DNA of 64,000 bases from an uncultured SAR86 cluster bacterium (GCA_902525735.1 CABZIF010000001.1:66813-130812), one strand, 5' to 3'. Positions 38,664 through 49,894 are shown, counted from the first letter of the stretch. The notes: generated from the letters alone by a model not told the origin. A program made the numbers and translations.

Positions 38664-39320
38664 TTACATACTAATTGTTAAAACAACTGCATCTTGGTCG
38701 CTAGAAGTTCCATTTGCGTTAGTATCTCCGTGAAAGTCGCTGTAAGAAAGATCAATTGTAAGATCTCCTGCAGGAATGCTATAACCAATAGTAGTATGAG
38801 AACCACCATCAGCTGTATTTGCTGCAACTGAACCATTTGAGCTATCCATGTCACCATAAGCAACTGCTAAAGATCCAACACCAACATCCATGCCCCAACT
38901 TATTTCTGCATAGTCTCCTAATTCATCACCTTCAGAGTAATGAAGACCAACATTCATTGGCAAAGACAAAGCAATGTAGTTTTCTGAGAAATCAGATGTA
39001 TTGTTTTGATCGTATTTAACTTGAATAGCACCAATGTTTACTCCAATACCACCCATTTCGAATGTATAACCACCGTAGTAGTCTAATTCTAATGTAGATT
39101 CACCAACATCGACTGCTGCTCCCCAAGTTCCGACATAAAATCCATTTTCAAAGTCAACATCTAAGCCAACATTGACAGAATTTTGCCCATCGTTTTGAGT
39201 CATTCCTCTCCAGATATAGTCGGTTTGTATAGCCGCATTTCCGGAGACTGATATAGCGCTAGCAAATGTGGAAACAAATACCAAAGCTAAACCAATTAAC
39301 GTTAATTTTAGTTTATTCAT
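38664..39320 (-). CDS. Outer-membrane beta-barrel protein, TIGR02001/Gcw_chp-like, paralog 1
   Basis: It has a signal peptide and carries the hallmark SGNAAIQTDYIWRGMTQNDG. The sequence alternates in a Gly/aromatic-rich beta pattern. Confidence 0.6.
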   Translation of the reverse strand: MNKLKLTLIGLALVFVSTFASAISVSGNAAIQTDYIWRGMTQNDGQNSVNVGLDVDFENGFYVGTWGAAVDVGESTLELDYYGGYTFEMGGIGVNIGAIQVKYDQNNTSDFSENYIALSLPMNVGLHYSEGDELGDYAEISWGMDVGVGSLAVAYGDMDSSNGSVAANTADGGSHTTIGYSIPAGDLTIDLSYSDFHGDTNANGTSSDQDAVVLTISM

Positions 39321-39485
39321 ATCTTCTCCATTTATAAATTTATAAATAAGCCGTTATTAAAACATAATAACTAAAATAAAAATATTAAACTGAAAAAGGG
39401 GGTATACCTTTTTTTTATATCCTGCAAGAAAATGTGCTCCTTTCTAGTGCAAAAAAAACTACATATTGCGGTATTTAAGATCCAT

Positions 39486-39515
39486 AAAAAAACCCCCTTA
39501 AATAAAGGGGGTTTT
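39486..39515 (-). terminator. Intrinsic terminator after paralog 2
   Basis: On the minus strand the hairpin CCCCC-TTTATTTAA-GGGGG is followed by TTTTTTT. Confidence 0.7.
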
Positions 39516-39538
39516 AATAGGTAATATGAAAAATTAGC

Positions 39539-40141
39539 TTACAAAATTCCTATATCTAAGAAAAAAGCATCTTCATCGCTTGCCGCAGTTGTGTCATGTT
39601 CAAATTCTGTATAACCAACTGTCATAGCAAAACCAGCAAATTCGAATCCATAAGTAAGATAAAAATATTCACCCACTTCGTCGTAATCACCAAAAGCTAC
39701 ACCAAAGTCTCCAAAAGCATAAGAGATTTCGAGATTATCAGTAGCTGTATCTTGACCAGAAGCAAAGGTTAACCCAAAGTCACCAATTCCAAGACCTAAG
39801 TAAGCTTCTTCAAAATCAGAACCACCGCCAGCAACACCTGGATAATCAAATTTTATATATCCAATATCGTAAGAAATATCTCCTAATTCTCCAGCTAGAC
39901 CACCATAGTAATCTACCTCAGCACCGGTTCCTACAGCAGCAAGCCATGTTCCAGCATAGAATCCTGAATCAAATTCAATATCTAATCCACCGTTTACAGA
40001 TGCGTCTCCACTGTTTTGTGTCATACCTCTCCATGTATAATCACTTTGTAGAGTCGCATTAGCAGATACTGAAGCTGCTGATGCGATTCCTGAAGCAAGA
40101 ATCAAAGAAATACTAACTATTAATAGTTTAAGTTTATTCAT
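39539..40141 (-). CDS. Outer-membrane beta-barrel protein, TIGR02001/Gcw_chp-like, paralog 2
   Basis: It has a signal peptide and carries SANATLQSDYTWRGMTQNSG. It is collinear with paralog 1 over the N-terminal 70 aa. Confidence 0.6.
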   Translation of the reverse strand: MNKLKLLIVSISLILASGIASAASVSANATLQSDYTWRGMTQNSGDASVNGGLDIEFDSGFYAGTWLAAVGTGAEVDYYGGLAGELGDISYDIGYIKFDYPGVAGGGSDFEEAYLGLGIGDFGLTFASGQDTATDNLEISYAFGDFGVAFGDYDEVGEYFYLTYGFEFAGFAMTVGYTEFEHDTTAASDEDAFFLDIGIL

Positions 40142-40357
40142 TACATCTCCTGTTTATTAATTAATAAATAAAAGTTAATTAAACCGGATAAATTAAAACC
40201 TTTTATTTTCAAGATTTTTAGATTTAAAGGCATTTATGATCTATTAAAGTGCATTTGTAGTACTTTGCTCTGGGTCTTGTACTGATTTAAAGCAAAAGTA
40301 AACTTAAAGTATCTTATTTTTTTTATTTAATGTTAAATGTGCTTACAAATTTTACTT

Positions 40358-41341
40358 ATGAATTTTAGAGCTTTCGTAACAGAAGAAACTGAGAATGGTT
40401 TTGTTTCAAACGTGAAAGAGAGAACTTTGAACGATCTTCCTGAGGGAGATGTTTTGATCAAAGTTTTATTTTCATCTTTAAATTATAAAGATGCTCTTTC
40501 AGCTTCTGGAAATAAAGGGGTATCAAGAAATTATCCTCATTCTCCAGGTATTGATGCTGCTGGCATAGTAGAAGAATCAAATTCAGATGAATTTACAGCA
40601 GGGGATGAAGTTATAGTTACTGGATACGATTTGGGCATGAACACTTCTGGTGGATTTTCTGAGTACATTAGAGTCCCTAAAGAATGGATTATTAAGAAAC
40701 CAGATAATTTTGACTTGGAAGAATCTATGGCCTACGGAACTGCTGGTTTGACTGCTGGATTATGTGTTAGAAAAATATTGCTCAGTGGTGTTAAACCAGA
40801 TGACGGTGAAGTTTTTGTAACTGGTGCAACCGGAGGAGTAGGAATTATAGCAGTTATGCTTTTGGCAAAACTTGGATTTGAAGTTGTGGCAATAACTGGA
40901 AAAGAGACTGAAACAGATCTTCTTTTATCATTAGGCGCTAAAGAAGTGATTAATAGGTCTGAATTTGAAGGAGATATGAAAAGTCCTTTGGCAAAACCAA
41001 GATGGGCAGCTGGAGTAGATGCCGTTGGAAGTGATATTTTATCCAACTTGATAACAGCCACTCATCAAAGAGCGGCAATTGCGTGTTGTGGCATGGTAGG
41101 TGGAGTTAATTTAACTACAAGCATTTTTCCTTTTATCCTGAGAGGACTTTCTTTACTAGGTATCGACTCTGCAGAAACTCTAATAGATGTAAAAAAAGAA
41201 ATATGGAATAATTTCTCATCGGATTGGAAATTAGAAAAAATTAACGATCAAATAAAAGATGTTGGACTTGAAGAGCTTTCCTCTGAAATAGACAAAATTC
41301 TCAAGGGCCAACAAGTTGGAAGAGTTAGATTAAAAAATTAA
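40358..41341 (+). CDS. acuI: YhdH/AcuI-type NADPH:quinone/acrylyl-CoA reductase (MDR family)
   Basis: MNFRAFV...LIKVLFSSLNYKDALSASGNKGVSRNYPHSPGIDAAG and VTGATGGVG match the YhdH subfamily. The track start at 40337 is trimmed to the ATG at 40358. Confidence 0.7.
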   Translation: MNFRAFVTEETENGFVSNVKERTLNDLPEGDVLIKVLFSSLNYKDALSASGNKGVSRNYPHSPGIDAAGIVEESNSDEFTAGDEVIVTGYDLGMNTSGGFSEYIRVPKEWIIKKPDNFDLEESMAYGTAGLTAGLCVRKILLSGVKPDDGEVFVTGATGGVGIIAVMLLAKLGFEVVAITGKETETDLLLSLGAKEVINRSEFEGDMKSPLAKPRWAAGVDAVGSDILSNLITATHQRAAIACCGMVGGVNLTTSIFPFILRGLSLLGIDSAETLIDVKKEIWNNFSSDWKLEKINDQIKDVGLEELSSEIDKILKGQQVGRVRLKN

Positions 41342-41343
41342 TC

Positions 41344-41475
41344 ATGGAAGACAATAAAGAAACAAAGTTTGATGAAGAAGCGGCTCAGGCCGATAGCAAA
41401 GTTGATGCTTTAGTTGCTGTAATCATCATGTTAACAGTTACAGCAATGGTTGTTTTTTGGGTAGCATCGCAATAA
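41344..41475 (+). CDS. Possible 43-aa membrane peptide
   Basis: My translation is MEDNKETKFDEEAAQADSKVDALVAVIIMLTVTAMVVFWVASQ. It starts 2 nt after the acuI stop. Its stop overlaps the next ATG (TAATG). Confidence 0.35.
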   Translation: MEDNKETKFDEEAAQADSKVDALVAVIIMLTVTAMVVFWVASQ

Positions 41476-42452
41476 TGGATATAAGACAACTTTTAAAAGA
41501 AAACACACGAATTCCTGTCATTGGAGCTCCGCTATTTACCGTTTCTTATCCTGAACTTGTGATTGCACAATGTAAGGCTGGAATCGTTGGATCTTTTCCT
41601 GCTTTAAACGCAAGACCTGCAGATCAATTGGAAGTATGGATAGAAAAGATTTCAAAAGAATTAGAAGAATACAAAGAAGCAAACCCTGAAAAAAAAGTAG
41701 CCCCTTTTGCTGTAAATCAAATTTGTCATAGTTCAAATGATCGCTTAGAACATGATATGGAAGTCTGCGTTAAACATAAGGTGCCAATAATCATTACTAG
41801 CTTGAGAGCACCAAAATTTGTAACCGAAGCAGTGCACAGTTATGGCGGAGCGGTTATGCACGACGTTATAAATATTAGACATGCAAAAAAAGCTTTATCA
41901 GAAGGCGCCGATGGATTAATTTTAGTATGCGCAGGTGCCGGAGGACATGCTGGTACCTTGAGTCCTTTTGCCTTAGTTCGAGAAGTAAGAGAATTCTTTG
42001 ATGGTCCTATTGCTCTTTCTGGAAGTATTTCAGAAGGCTCATCGGTCTTATCAGCATTAGCACTTGGAGCAGATTTTGCTTATGTTGGAACTAAATTTAT
42101 TGCAACAGAAGAAGCGAATGCTTCCCCTGGTTACAAGCAGATGATTATTGATAGCACTGCAGATGACATAATGTATTCCGCAACTTTTACTGGAGTGAAT
42201 GGTAATTATTTACGACCAAGTGTTGAAGCAGCTGGATTGAATCCAGAGGAACATACTTCCGGAAGTAAAGATGACATGAATTTCAGTACTTCCGCTATAG
42301 CAAAAAAAGATAATTCTTCAAAAGCTTGGAAAGACATTTGGGGATCTGGACAGGGTATTGGCACAATCAAAGATGCTCCGTCAGTTCAAACTGCAGTAGA
42401 CCAAATGGTCTCTGAATATGAAGAAGCTAAATCTAGATTAGATAATTTTTAA
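41475..42452 (+). CDS. Nitronate monooxygenase (2-nitropropane dioxygenase/FabK-like FMN enzyme)
   Basis: It carries PVIGAPLF, GAGGHAG and the LGADFAYVGTKF blocks. The ATG at 41475 is preferred over the TTG at 41457. Confidence 0.75.
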   Translation: MDIRQLLKENTRIPVIGAPLFTVSYPELVIAQCKAGIVGSFPALNARPADQLEVWIEKISKELEEYKEANPEKKVAPFAVNQICHSSNDRLEHDMEVCVKHKVPIIITSLRAPKFVTEAVHSYGGAVMHDVINIRHAKKALSEGADGLILVCAGAGGHAGTLSPFALVREVREFFDGPIALSGSISEGSSVLSALALGADFAYVGTKFIATEEANASPGYKQMIIDSTADDIMYSATFTGVNGNYLRPSVEAAGLNPEEHTSGSKDDMNFSTSAIAKKDNSSKAWKDIWGSGQGIGTIKDAPSVQTAVDQMVSEYEEAKSRLDNF

Positions 42453-43177
42453 TTATTTCTAGATAACAAGAATTGATCAAATTCCATATGCATTACAGCT
42501 TTGGCTTGAGCAAAAGCTATTTCGTTTGCACTTTTTTTAATCATTTTTAGTTGTAGTCCAGGCATTTTCTTAAACTTCCTAGTCCATTTTTTTAAACATT
42601 TATTTTTGTCAATCAAATCGAAGGTTTCATTTATAAATCCTTTATTTTGCATTTCCAGAGCACTAAACTTTTCCCCACTTAGAATTACATGTTTTGCTTC
42701 CGATAAACCCAAACAACTTATAGCAAGAGGGAGACCAAACCAGCTCAGGTTCATGCCGAGTTCTATTTCTGGGTAGCCAATCAAGGAATTTTTTTCAGCC
42801 ATTCTAAAATCACAAGCAGATGCAATGACCGCACCGCCTCCAAGACAATAACCTTCAATTAAGCAAATGGATAATTGTGGTAAATTTAAAATGGAGTTTA
42901 TGCATTTTCTTCCATAATTCTCATGCCAGTAATCTTCGAGGGTTTTATTTTTTTCTATCTCTGTTAAATCAGCTCCAGCAGAAAAGTTTTTTGATGTAGA
43001 AGAAAAGATGACTATTTTAATTTTTTTATTCGACGCAATTTCATCACAAGCTTTCGAAATTTCTATTAAAGTGGATGAACTTAGAGCATTTAACTTTTTA
43101 GGGTTATCTAAAGAAATATGGCAAGTATCAGTTTTATTTGAGATTGAAATATTTTTATAAATATTCTTTTTAATCAT
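42449..43177 (-). CDS. Enoyl-CoA hydratase/isomerase family protein
   Basis: It carries the crotonase blocks LDNPKKLNAL, FSAGADL and IEGYCLGGGAVIA. Confidence 0.7.
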   Translation of the reverse strand: MIKKNIYKNISISNKTDTCHISLDNPKKLNALSSSTLIEISKACDEIASNKKIKIVIFSSTSKNFSAGADLTEIEKNKTLEDYWHENYGRKCINSILNLPQLSICLIEGYCLGGGAVIASACDFRMAEKNSLIGYPEIELGMNLSWFGLPLAISCLGLSEAKHVILSGEKFSALEMQNKGFINETFDLIDKNKCLKKWTRKFKKMPGLQLKMIKKSANEIAFAQAKAVMHMEFDQFLLSRNN

Positions 43178-43189
43178 TATAGATTTGAT

Positions 43190-44119
<930 letters not shown>

Positions 44120-44189
44120 TTAAAAGAAAGATAAATTTAACTCTATTATACTTACATAGCTATAATGCAGAATAATATTCTTAAATTTT

Positions 44190-46547
44190 TTGAATAAAAA
44201 GAAAACATCTTCGATTTCTGAATCTGTAAAAGCCAGATTCCAAATGAGTTCTTTAACAAAGAAGCTTCTCTTAGACCTCTTCGTTTTATTTCAATTGTTA
44301 TCAGGAATTATTCTTAGCCTATCTTTATTGACATATTCAATTGATGATTTTCAATGGAGAGAATCGATAGATGTTTCTGTCAGAAATAGTATTGGCCTTG
44401 TAGGCGCTTGGATAAGTAGCTTTTTATATTCTTTTTTTGGACTCACTGCTTGGATAATCTCAATAGTTCTTTTCATTAATCCTCTCAATTATTATTTGAA
44501 GAAAACTGATGGTTTAGATTCAGAGGTTCCAGTTAAATCTGGGCTCTTTACCTTTTTCGGATTTATTATTTTATGTTTTTCGGTTTCTCTTTTAGTAAGC
44601 CTGCATATAGATCCTTACAGTAATTATTTCCCGGAAACTTCAGCTGGAATTTTTGGAAGTTTTTTGTCAGAGGCTACTTTGCCTTACCTAAGCTCAGTCG
44701 GCACAACCATTGTAGGAGCTTTTTTCTTTATGGTTAGTTTGAGTTTATTAGTTAATTTGCACTGGCAAGATTTGATTTCAATTTTAAAGGATAGATTTAT
44801 AAACTTTATTTTTCATCTTAATAAAATATCGAAAGAAGGCGTCTTTTCTTTGAAAGAAAAAATAGCTAAAAGTAGAGAAAAGAAAAATAGGCAAGAATTT
44901 CTTAACGAACACAAGTCAAAAATAAGATCGATGCCAAAACCTGAAATAAAGAAGGTAGCGCCTAAAATACCCGAGGGTAAGAAAGTAATTTTAGAGAAGC
45001 AAGAAGAGTTATTTGAAAAGAAAATCCCCGGTGAGATGCCAAAAATTTCTTTACTGGATGAAAGAAAAGAAAACAATAAAGAAATGTCCTCTCAACAACT
45101 TTATGAATTGGATATTTTGAAAGAAGCGTTAATTACTAAGCTAGCAGAATTCAAAGTAACCGGCCCTGAAGGTGAATATGCAATTGTAAGAGAAACTATG
45201 CGCGGTCCTGTGGTGACTAGATTCGAAGTTGAACTGCCAAAGGGTATAAAAGTTTCAATGGTTTCAAATTTAAACAAAGATTTAGCTCGTTCATTAGGAG
45301 TAGGCAGCATAAGAATAGTCGAAGTCATTGAAGGGAGAGAGACCATTGGAGTTGAAATACCCAATGCTGATAGAGAAAGCGTTATGCTAGGAGAAGTTAT
45401 TGCCTCGAAAGAATTTGAAGATGCCAAAAGTCCTTTAACTTTAGCTTACGGAAAAGATATTGAAGGCAAACCCGTTTTAGAAGACTTGGCCTCTCTGCCA
45501 CACTTATTAATAGCCGGAACTACTGGATCAGGAAAGTCGGTAGCCCTTAATTCAATGTTGATGAGTATCCTCTATAAAGCAAACCCACAAGACGTTAAAT
45601 TAGTTTTGATTGATCCTAAAATGTTGGAACTTTCAGTTTATGAAGATTTACCTCATTTGCTTTGTCCAGTGATAACAGATATGTCTGAGGCAGCATATGG
45701 ACTAAGGTGGTGTGTAAATGAAATGGAAAGAAGATACAAACTTATGTCTGCGTTATCAGTGAGAAACCTAGGCGGTTTTAATTCAAAAGTAAATAAAGCT
45801 ATTGCTGATGGCAACCCAATTAAGGATCCAACAATGAAAATAGATGAAGATAAAGGTATCACAGAAAACGATATCCCCGTTTTGACTGAATTACCCCAAA
45901 TAGTTATAGCTGTTGATGAGCTTGCTGACTTGATGATGGTTGTTGGAAAAAAAGTTGAACAATTAATTGCTAGGTTAGCTCAAAAAGCGAGAGCCGCAGG
46001 AATACATATGTTGCTAGCAACTCAAAGACCTTCCGTTGACGTTATTACTGGTCTAATCAAGGCGAATATCTCTGCCAGAATGGCCTTTAACGTTGCTTCA
46101 TCAATGGATTCTAGAGTTGTTTTAGATCAAGTCGGAGCGGAGCAGCTTTTGGGAAAGGGAGATATGCTTTACGTTGGATCTGGAACCTCTATTCCCCTAA
46201 GAGTTCATGGTGCTTTTGTTGGAGAAGAAGAAATAATTAGAGTCGTGAAAGACTGGAAGGATAAAGAAACGGTGAGCTATTTAGATGAAGTTACAAAAGC
46301 TCCCGAGGTCGCGGATGGCACAGACTCTGATGGAGATAACTCGGAAAAAGATGAATTCTATGATCAAGCAGTTGCTTTTGTAGTTGAATCCAGAAGAGCG
46401 TCTATATCAGCTGTTCAGAGAAAATTTAGAATAGGTTATAATAGAGCAGCTCGCTTGATAGAAACAATGGAAACTGCTGGCCTTGTAAGTGAGATGAATT
46501 CAAATGGAAATAGAGAGGTTTTAGCGCCTGGGCCTGATGCCGATTAA
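44190..46547 (+). CDS. ftsK: DNA translocase FtsK
   Basis: It has a TTG start, N-terminal TM segments, a linker, the motor Walker A GTTGSGKSV, the LATQRPSVDVITG block and a C-terminal gamma domain (SISAVQRKFRIGYNRAARLIE). Confidence 0.9.
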   Translation: MNKKKTSSISESVKARFQMSSLTKKLLLDLFVLFQLLSGIILSLSLLTYSIDDFQWRESIDVSVRNSIGLVGAWISSFLYSFFGLTAWIISIVLFINPLNYYLKKTDGLDSEVPVKSGLFTFFGFIILCFSVSLLVSLHIDPYSNYFPETSAGIFGSFLSEATLPYLSSVGTTIVGAFFFMVSLSLLVNLHWQDLISILKDRFINFIFHLNKISKEGVFSLKEKIAKSREKKNRQEFLNEHKSKIRSMPKPEIKKVAPKIPEGKKVILEKQEELFEKKIPGEMPKISLLDERKENNKEMSSQQLYELDILKEALITKLAEFKVTGPEGEYAIVRETMRGPVVTRFEVELPKGIKVSMVSNLNKDLARSLGVGSIRIVEVIEGRETIGVEIPNADRESVMLGEVIASKEFEDAKSPLTLAYGKDIEGKPVLEDLASLPHLLIAGTTGSGKSVALNSMLMSILYKANPQDVKLVLIDPKMLELSVYEDLPHLLCPVITDMSEAAYGLRWCVNEMERRYKLMSALSVRNLGGFNSKVNKAIADGNPIKDPTMKIDEDKGITENDIPVLTELPQIVIAVDELADLMMVVGKKVEQLIARLAQKARAAGIHMLLATQRPSVDVITGLIKANISARMAFNVASSMDSRVVLDQVGAEQLLGKGDMLYVGSGTSIPLRVHGAFVGEEEIIRVVKDWKDKETVSYLDEVTKAPEVADGTDSDGDNSEKDEFYDQAVAFVVESRRASISAVQRKFRIGYNRAARLIETMETAGLVSEMNSNGNREVLAPGPDAD

Positions 46548-47142
46548 AAATATCATATTTTTCTCTCTCGTCTTTTTTCTTTCAATGTCAAATGCAACTT
46601 GCTTAGAAGAAAATAAACATTTATTGAATTTCTCTAAAGAGAAATTTTATAGCGCTGATTTCTCTCAAACATTTGAAAACAAGCAAAAAGAACCAGTATT
46701 TGGCAAAATTATTTTGAAAAAACCTTTCTTTCTTAAGGTTTCAAATTTAAATTCTAATTCGGTCGATTCTGAAATTATCATAAACGAAAACTTAATTTAT
46801 AGAATTGATTACGATTTAGATCAGGCGGTCAAATATAAGAAAGAAAACATTATTCATCAAATTCCTGCTGCCTTTCTCCTCGAAGATACAGACTCTATCT
46901 GTCTTAACTTCGCAAAGATAGATTGTATTGATAATACCTGCGCCATTTTTCCTAAAGATAAGACCTATATTTCTAAAATAGATCTCATTTTTAACGATGC
47001 TTTTCTAAGTAAAATTAAGTATTTGGATGCTTTCGGAGTTGAGAGTGAAGTCGCAATTACCAATTTTACTTCAAAGCCCAAACTATCGTCTTCTGTATTT
47101 AGCTATAATTATGAAGTGAAAGATTTAATCTCATTAGACTAA
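46537..47142 (+). CDS. lolA: Outer-membrane lipoprotein carrier LolA-like
   Basis: It has a signal peptide and is about 200 aa. F-x-A-x-F-x-Q lies near the N-terminus. The ftsK-lolA-serS order matches E. coli synteny. Confidence 0.6.
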   Translation: MPIKNIIFFSLVFFLSMSNATCLEENKHLLNFSKEKFYSADFSQTFENKQKEPVFGKIILKKPFFLKVSNLNSNSVDSEIIINENLIYRIDYDLDQAVKYKKENIIHQIPAAFLLEDTDSICLNFAKIDCIDNTCAIFPKDKTYISKIDLIFNDAFLSKIKYLDAFGVESEVAITNFTSKPKLSSSVFSYNYEVKDLISLD

Positions 47143-47143
47143 G

Positions 47144-48412
47144 ATGATTGATATTCAAAATTTAAAAAAAAACCTCTCTGAAACTATAGATAATCTATCA
47201 AGAAGAGGTTTTGAACTCGATAAAGACTATTGGTTAAAGACAGAGGAGAGAAGGAAAAAATTACAAATAGAAACCGAACAATTACAGGAAATTCAAAATA
47301 ATTTAGCTCGAGAAATTGGAAAATTGCAAAAAGATAAAAAAGATTTTTCAAAAGTTAAAAAGGAAGCATCAAAATCTTCCGCTGATTTAAAGATTAAAAA
47401 GATTGAATTAGATAAAGTCCAAATCGAATTACATGATTTCTTGTTATCAATACCAAACCTTATTGATGTTAGAGTTCCAGATGGTAATTCAGAGGCAGAT
47501 AATACCGTTGTTGAAGAAATAGGAAAAAAACCAAAATTTAATTTTGAAATTAAAGATCATCAAGAATTAGGTCTCTTGAGTGATGGAATGGATTTTGAGG
47601 CAGCTTCAAAGATTTCAAAATCTAGATTCGTGGTTTTTAAAGACTCGCTTGCTTTACTCAACAGAGCTTTAATAAATTTTATGCTAGATATTCATACGAA
47701 GGAACATTTATATAAAGAGATATACGTACCTTTAATTGTGAATTCAGATTCTTTAACTGGAACAGGGCAATTACCAAAATTTAAAGAAGATCAATTTAAA
47801 ATTGATGATAGCGAACAAGATTTATATTTGATTCCTACTGCAGAAGTTCCTGTAACCAACTACCATAGAAATGAAATATTAGAATTAGAAGAGTTACCGC
47901 TTTCCTATGTTTGTCATACACCCTGTTTTAGAAGTGAAGCTGGAAGTTATGGGCTTGATACCAAGGGCATTATACGTCAACATCAATTTGAAAAAGTAGA
48001 ATTGGTAAGTTTTGTAGAACCAGATAAATCTGATGAACAATTAGAAATCCTTACCTCACATGCCGAAAATATTCTCAAACAGCTCAATTTACCTTTTAGA
48101 AAGGTAATTCTTTGCTCAAAAGATATAGGCTTTTCATCGAGCTTAACTTTCGACTTAGAAGTCTGGCTTCCTAGCCAAGACAAATATAGAGAAATTTCTT
48201 CTTGTAGTAATTTCAAAGATTTTCAATCAAGAAGAATGAAAATAAGAATAAAGAAAGATAAAAAAAATATTTTTTGCCACACTTTAAATGGTTCTGGATT
48301 GGCAATTGGCAGAACTATGGCCGCAATCTTAGAAAATTATCAAAATGAAGATGGGACTGTATCTATTCCTGAAGTATTAAGACCATATATGAATAATTTA
48401 GAGACTCTTTAA
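47144..48412 (+). CDS. serS: Seryl-tRNA synthetase
   Basis: It has an N-terminal coiled-coil arm and class II motifs (FRSEAGSYG, IRQHQFEKVE, LNGSGLAIGRTMAAILENYQ). Confidence 0.9.
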   Translation: MIDIQNLKKNLSETIDNLSRRGFELDKDYWLKTEERRKKLQIETEQLQEIQNNLAREIGKLQKDKKDFSKVKKEASKSSADLKIKKIELDKVQIELHDFLLSIPNLIDVRVPDGNSEADNTVVEEIGKKPKFNFEIKDHQELGLLSDGMDFEAASKISKSRFVVFKDSLALLNRALINFMLDIHTKEHLYKEIYVPLIVNSDSLTGTGQLPKFKEDQFKIDDSEQDLYLIPTAEVPVTNYHRNEILELEELPLSYVCHTPCFRSEAGSYGLDTKGIIRQHQFEKVELVSFVEPDKSDEQLEILTSHAENILKQLNLPFRKVILCSKDIGFSSSLTFDLEVWLPSQDKYREISSCSNFKDFQSRRMKIRIKKDKKNIFCHTLNGSGLAIGRTMAAILENYQNEDGTVSIPEVLRPYMNNLETL

Positions 48413-48478
48413 TTTTTTTTCATTCAAGATATCAATTATTACTGATAGAATCTCCTTTCAAATCTAATTTCAAATACT

Positions 48479-49498
48479 ATGGAAATTCTAATCGAGTACG
48501 GTCTTTTTGTTTTAAAAGCATTCACTATAATTATTCTAATTTTTATACCTATTTTTTTTCTAGTCTCCTCAATGCGTCAACCTCCAGAGACAAATGGATC
48601 TTTAAAAATAAAAAATTTAACTAAACGATATCAATCAATGGCTAATTCTTTAAAAGTATTAACCATGAACAAAGAAGAAAAAAAGAAATTAAAAAAAACT
48701 CTCAGGCAAGAAAAAAAAACGAACTCAAAAACAAAAACAAAAAAGAAACCTGTTTATGTTTTAAATTTTCAAGGAGACATTGAAGCATCTAACGTAGAAA
48801 ATTTAAAAGAAGAAATAAGTGCAATTCTTCAAAGCGAAACCAAATGCGAGGAAATTGTTCTCAATCTAGAAAGTGCAGGAGGTACAGTTATTGGATATGG
48901 TTTAGCTGCAGCGCAACTTAAGAGAATAAGAGATGCTGGAATTAAACTTACAGCTTGTGTAGATAAAGTAGCCGCATCAGGTGGCTATATGATGGCTTGT
49001 GTTGCGAACAAAATAGTTTCAGCTCCTTTTGCGGTAATCGGTTCAATTGGTGTCGTAGCAGCAATTCCAAATTTCAGTAAAATTTTAAAAAAATTAGATG
49101 TTGATTATGAGCTTCATACAGCTGGTGAATTTAAGAGAACAATTACAACTTTTGGAGAGACTACTGATGAAGGAAGAGAAAAATTTAAAAAAGATCTTCA
49201 AGAAATTCATGATCTTTTTAAAGAACATGTTACAAAATTTAGACCTGAATTAGATATTTCCAAAGTTGCTACTGGAGAAATTTGGGAGGGTACAAAAGCT
49301 CTAGAGGTAGGCTTAGTAGATGAGATTTCTACCAGTGATGAATACTTAATGAATTTTTCAAAAAAACATGATGTTTACGAAATAAAATTTGAAACGAAGA
49401 AAAAAATACAGGATAAACTTAGTAGATTTTTAAATACATTGCTTAAAGATTTTTTAAATACAATCGATGAAACTTTAAACAAAAATAGATTTAAATAA
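48479..49498 (+). CDS. sohB: S49 family peptidase SohB
   Basis: It has an N-terminal TM segment and a Lys-rich linker. It carries VDKVAASGGYMMAC (nucleophile Ser) and the GEFKR block. Confidence 0.8.
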   Translation: MEILIEYGLFVLKAFTIIILIFIPIFFLVSSMRQPPETNGSLKIKNLTKRYQSMANSLKVLTMNKEEKKKLKKTLRQEKKTNSKTKTKKKPVYVLNFQGDIEASNVENLKEEISAILQSETKCEEIVLNLESAGGTVIGYGLAAAQLKRIRDAGIKLTACVDKVAASGGYMMACVANKIVSAPFAVIGSIGVVAAIPNFSKILKKLDVDYELHTAGEFKRTITTFGETTDEGREKFKKDLQEIHDLFKEHVTKFRPELDISKVATGEIWEGTKALEVGLVDEISTSDEYLMNFSKKHDVYEIKFETKKKIQDKLSRFLNTLLKDFLNTIDETLNKNRFK

Positions 49499-49510
49499 AA
49501 TGGAGAGATA

Positions 49511-49894
49511 ATGATTTTAGCTAGAATAATATGTTTACTCCCAGGATTAATGCTTTTACCAAGCGGAATAGGGTGGATGATCAATCCAGCAGAAACTAGC
49601 ACTAGTTTTGGATTTATTTTCGAGGACTTAGGTTCGGCGGCTCAAAACGCCTTGATTCGCGATTTAACAGCTTTTTTTCTAGTAGTTCCGATTCTTTGTC
49701 TTTTAAGTGCAATTACTGTTAATTATCGTTGGATTTTTGCTGTAGCAATTTTGTTTGCATTGGTAGTTTTGGCACATATTATTGCAGCAACAATTCATGG
49801 AACCGGTTTTATTATGGAAATGTTTTTGCCAGAAATTGTTATATTAATCCTTTCTATTGCAGGAACGTATTTAATTGCAAAACAACAAAATTAA
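49511..49894 (+). CDS. Hypothetical 4-TM membrane protein
   Basis: It shows a hydrophobic helix pattern only, and I recognise no motif. Confidence 0.45.
   Translation: MILARIICLLPGLMLLPSGIGWMINPAETSTSFGFIFEDLGSAAQNALIRDLTAFFLVVPILCLLSAITVNYRWIFAVAILFALVVLAHIIAATIHGTGFIMEMFLPEIVILILSIAGTYLIAKQQN

Noticed and set aside
40337-40357. The track start MCLQILL... for the acuI-like reductase, and the similar TTG starts at 23615, 24052, 32753 and 41457.
   Set aside because: In each case a downstream ATG gives an N-terminus that matches the family or its paralog. The upstream non-ATG codons have no supporting context.
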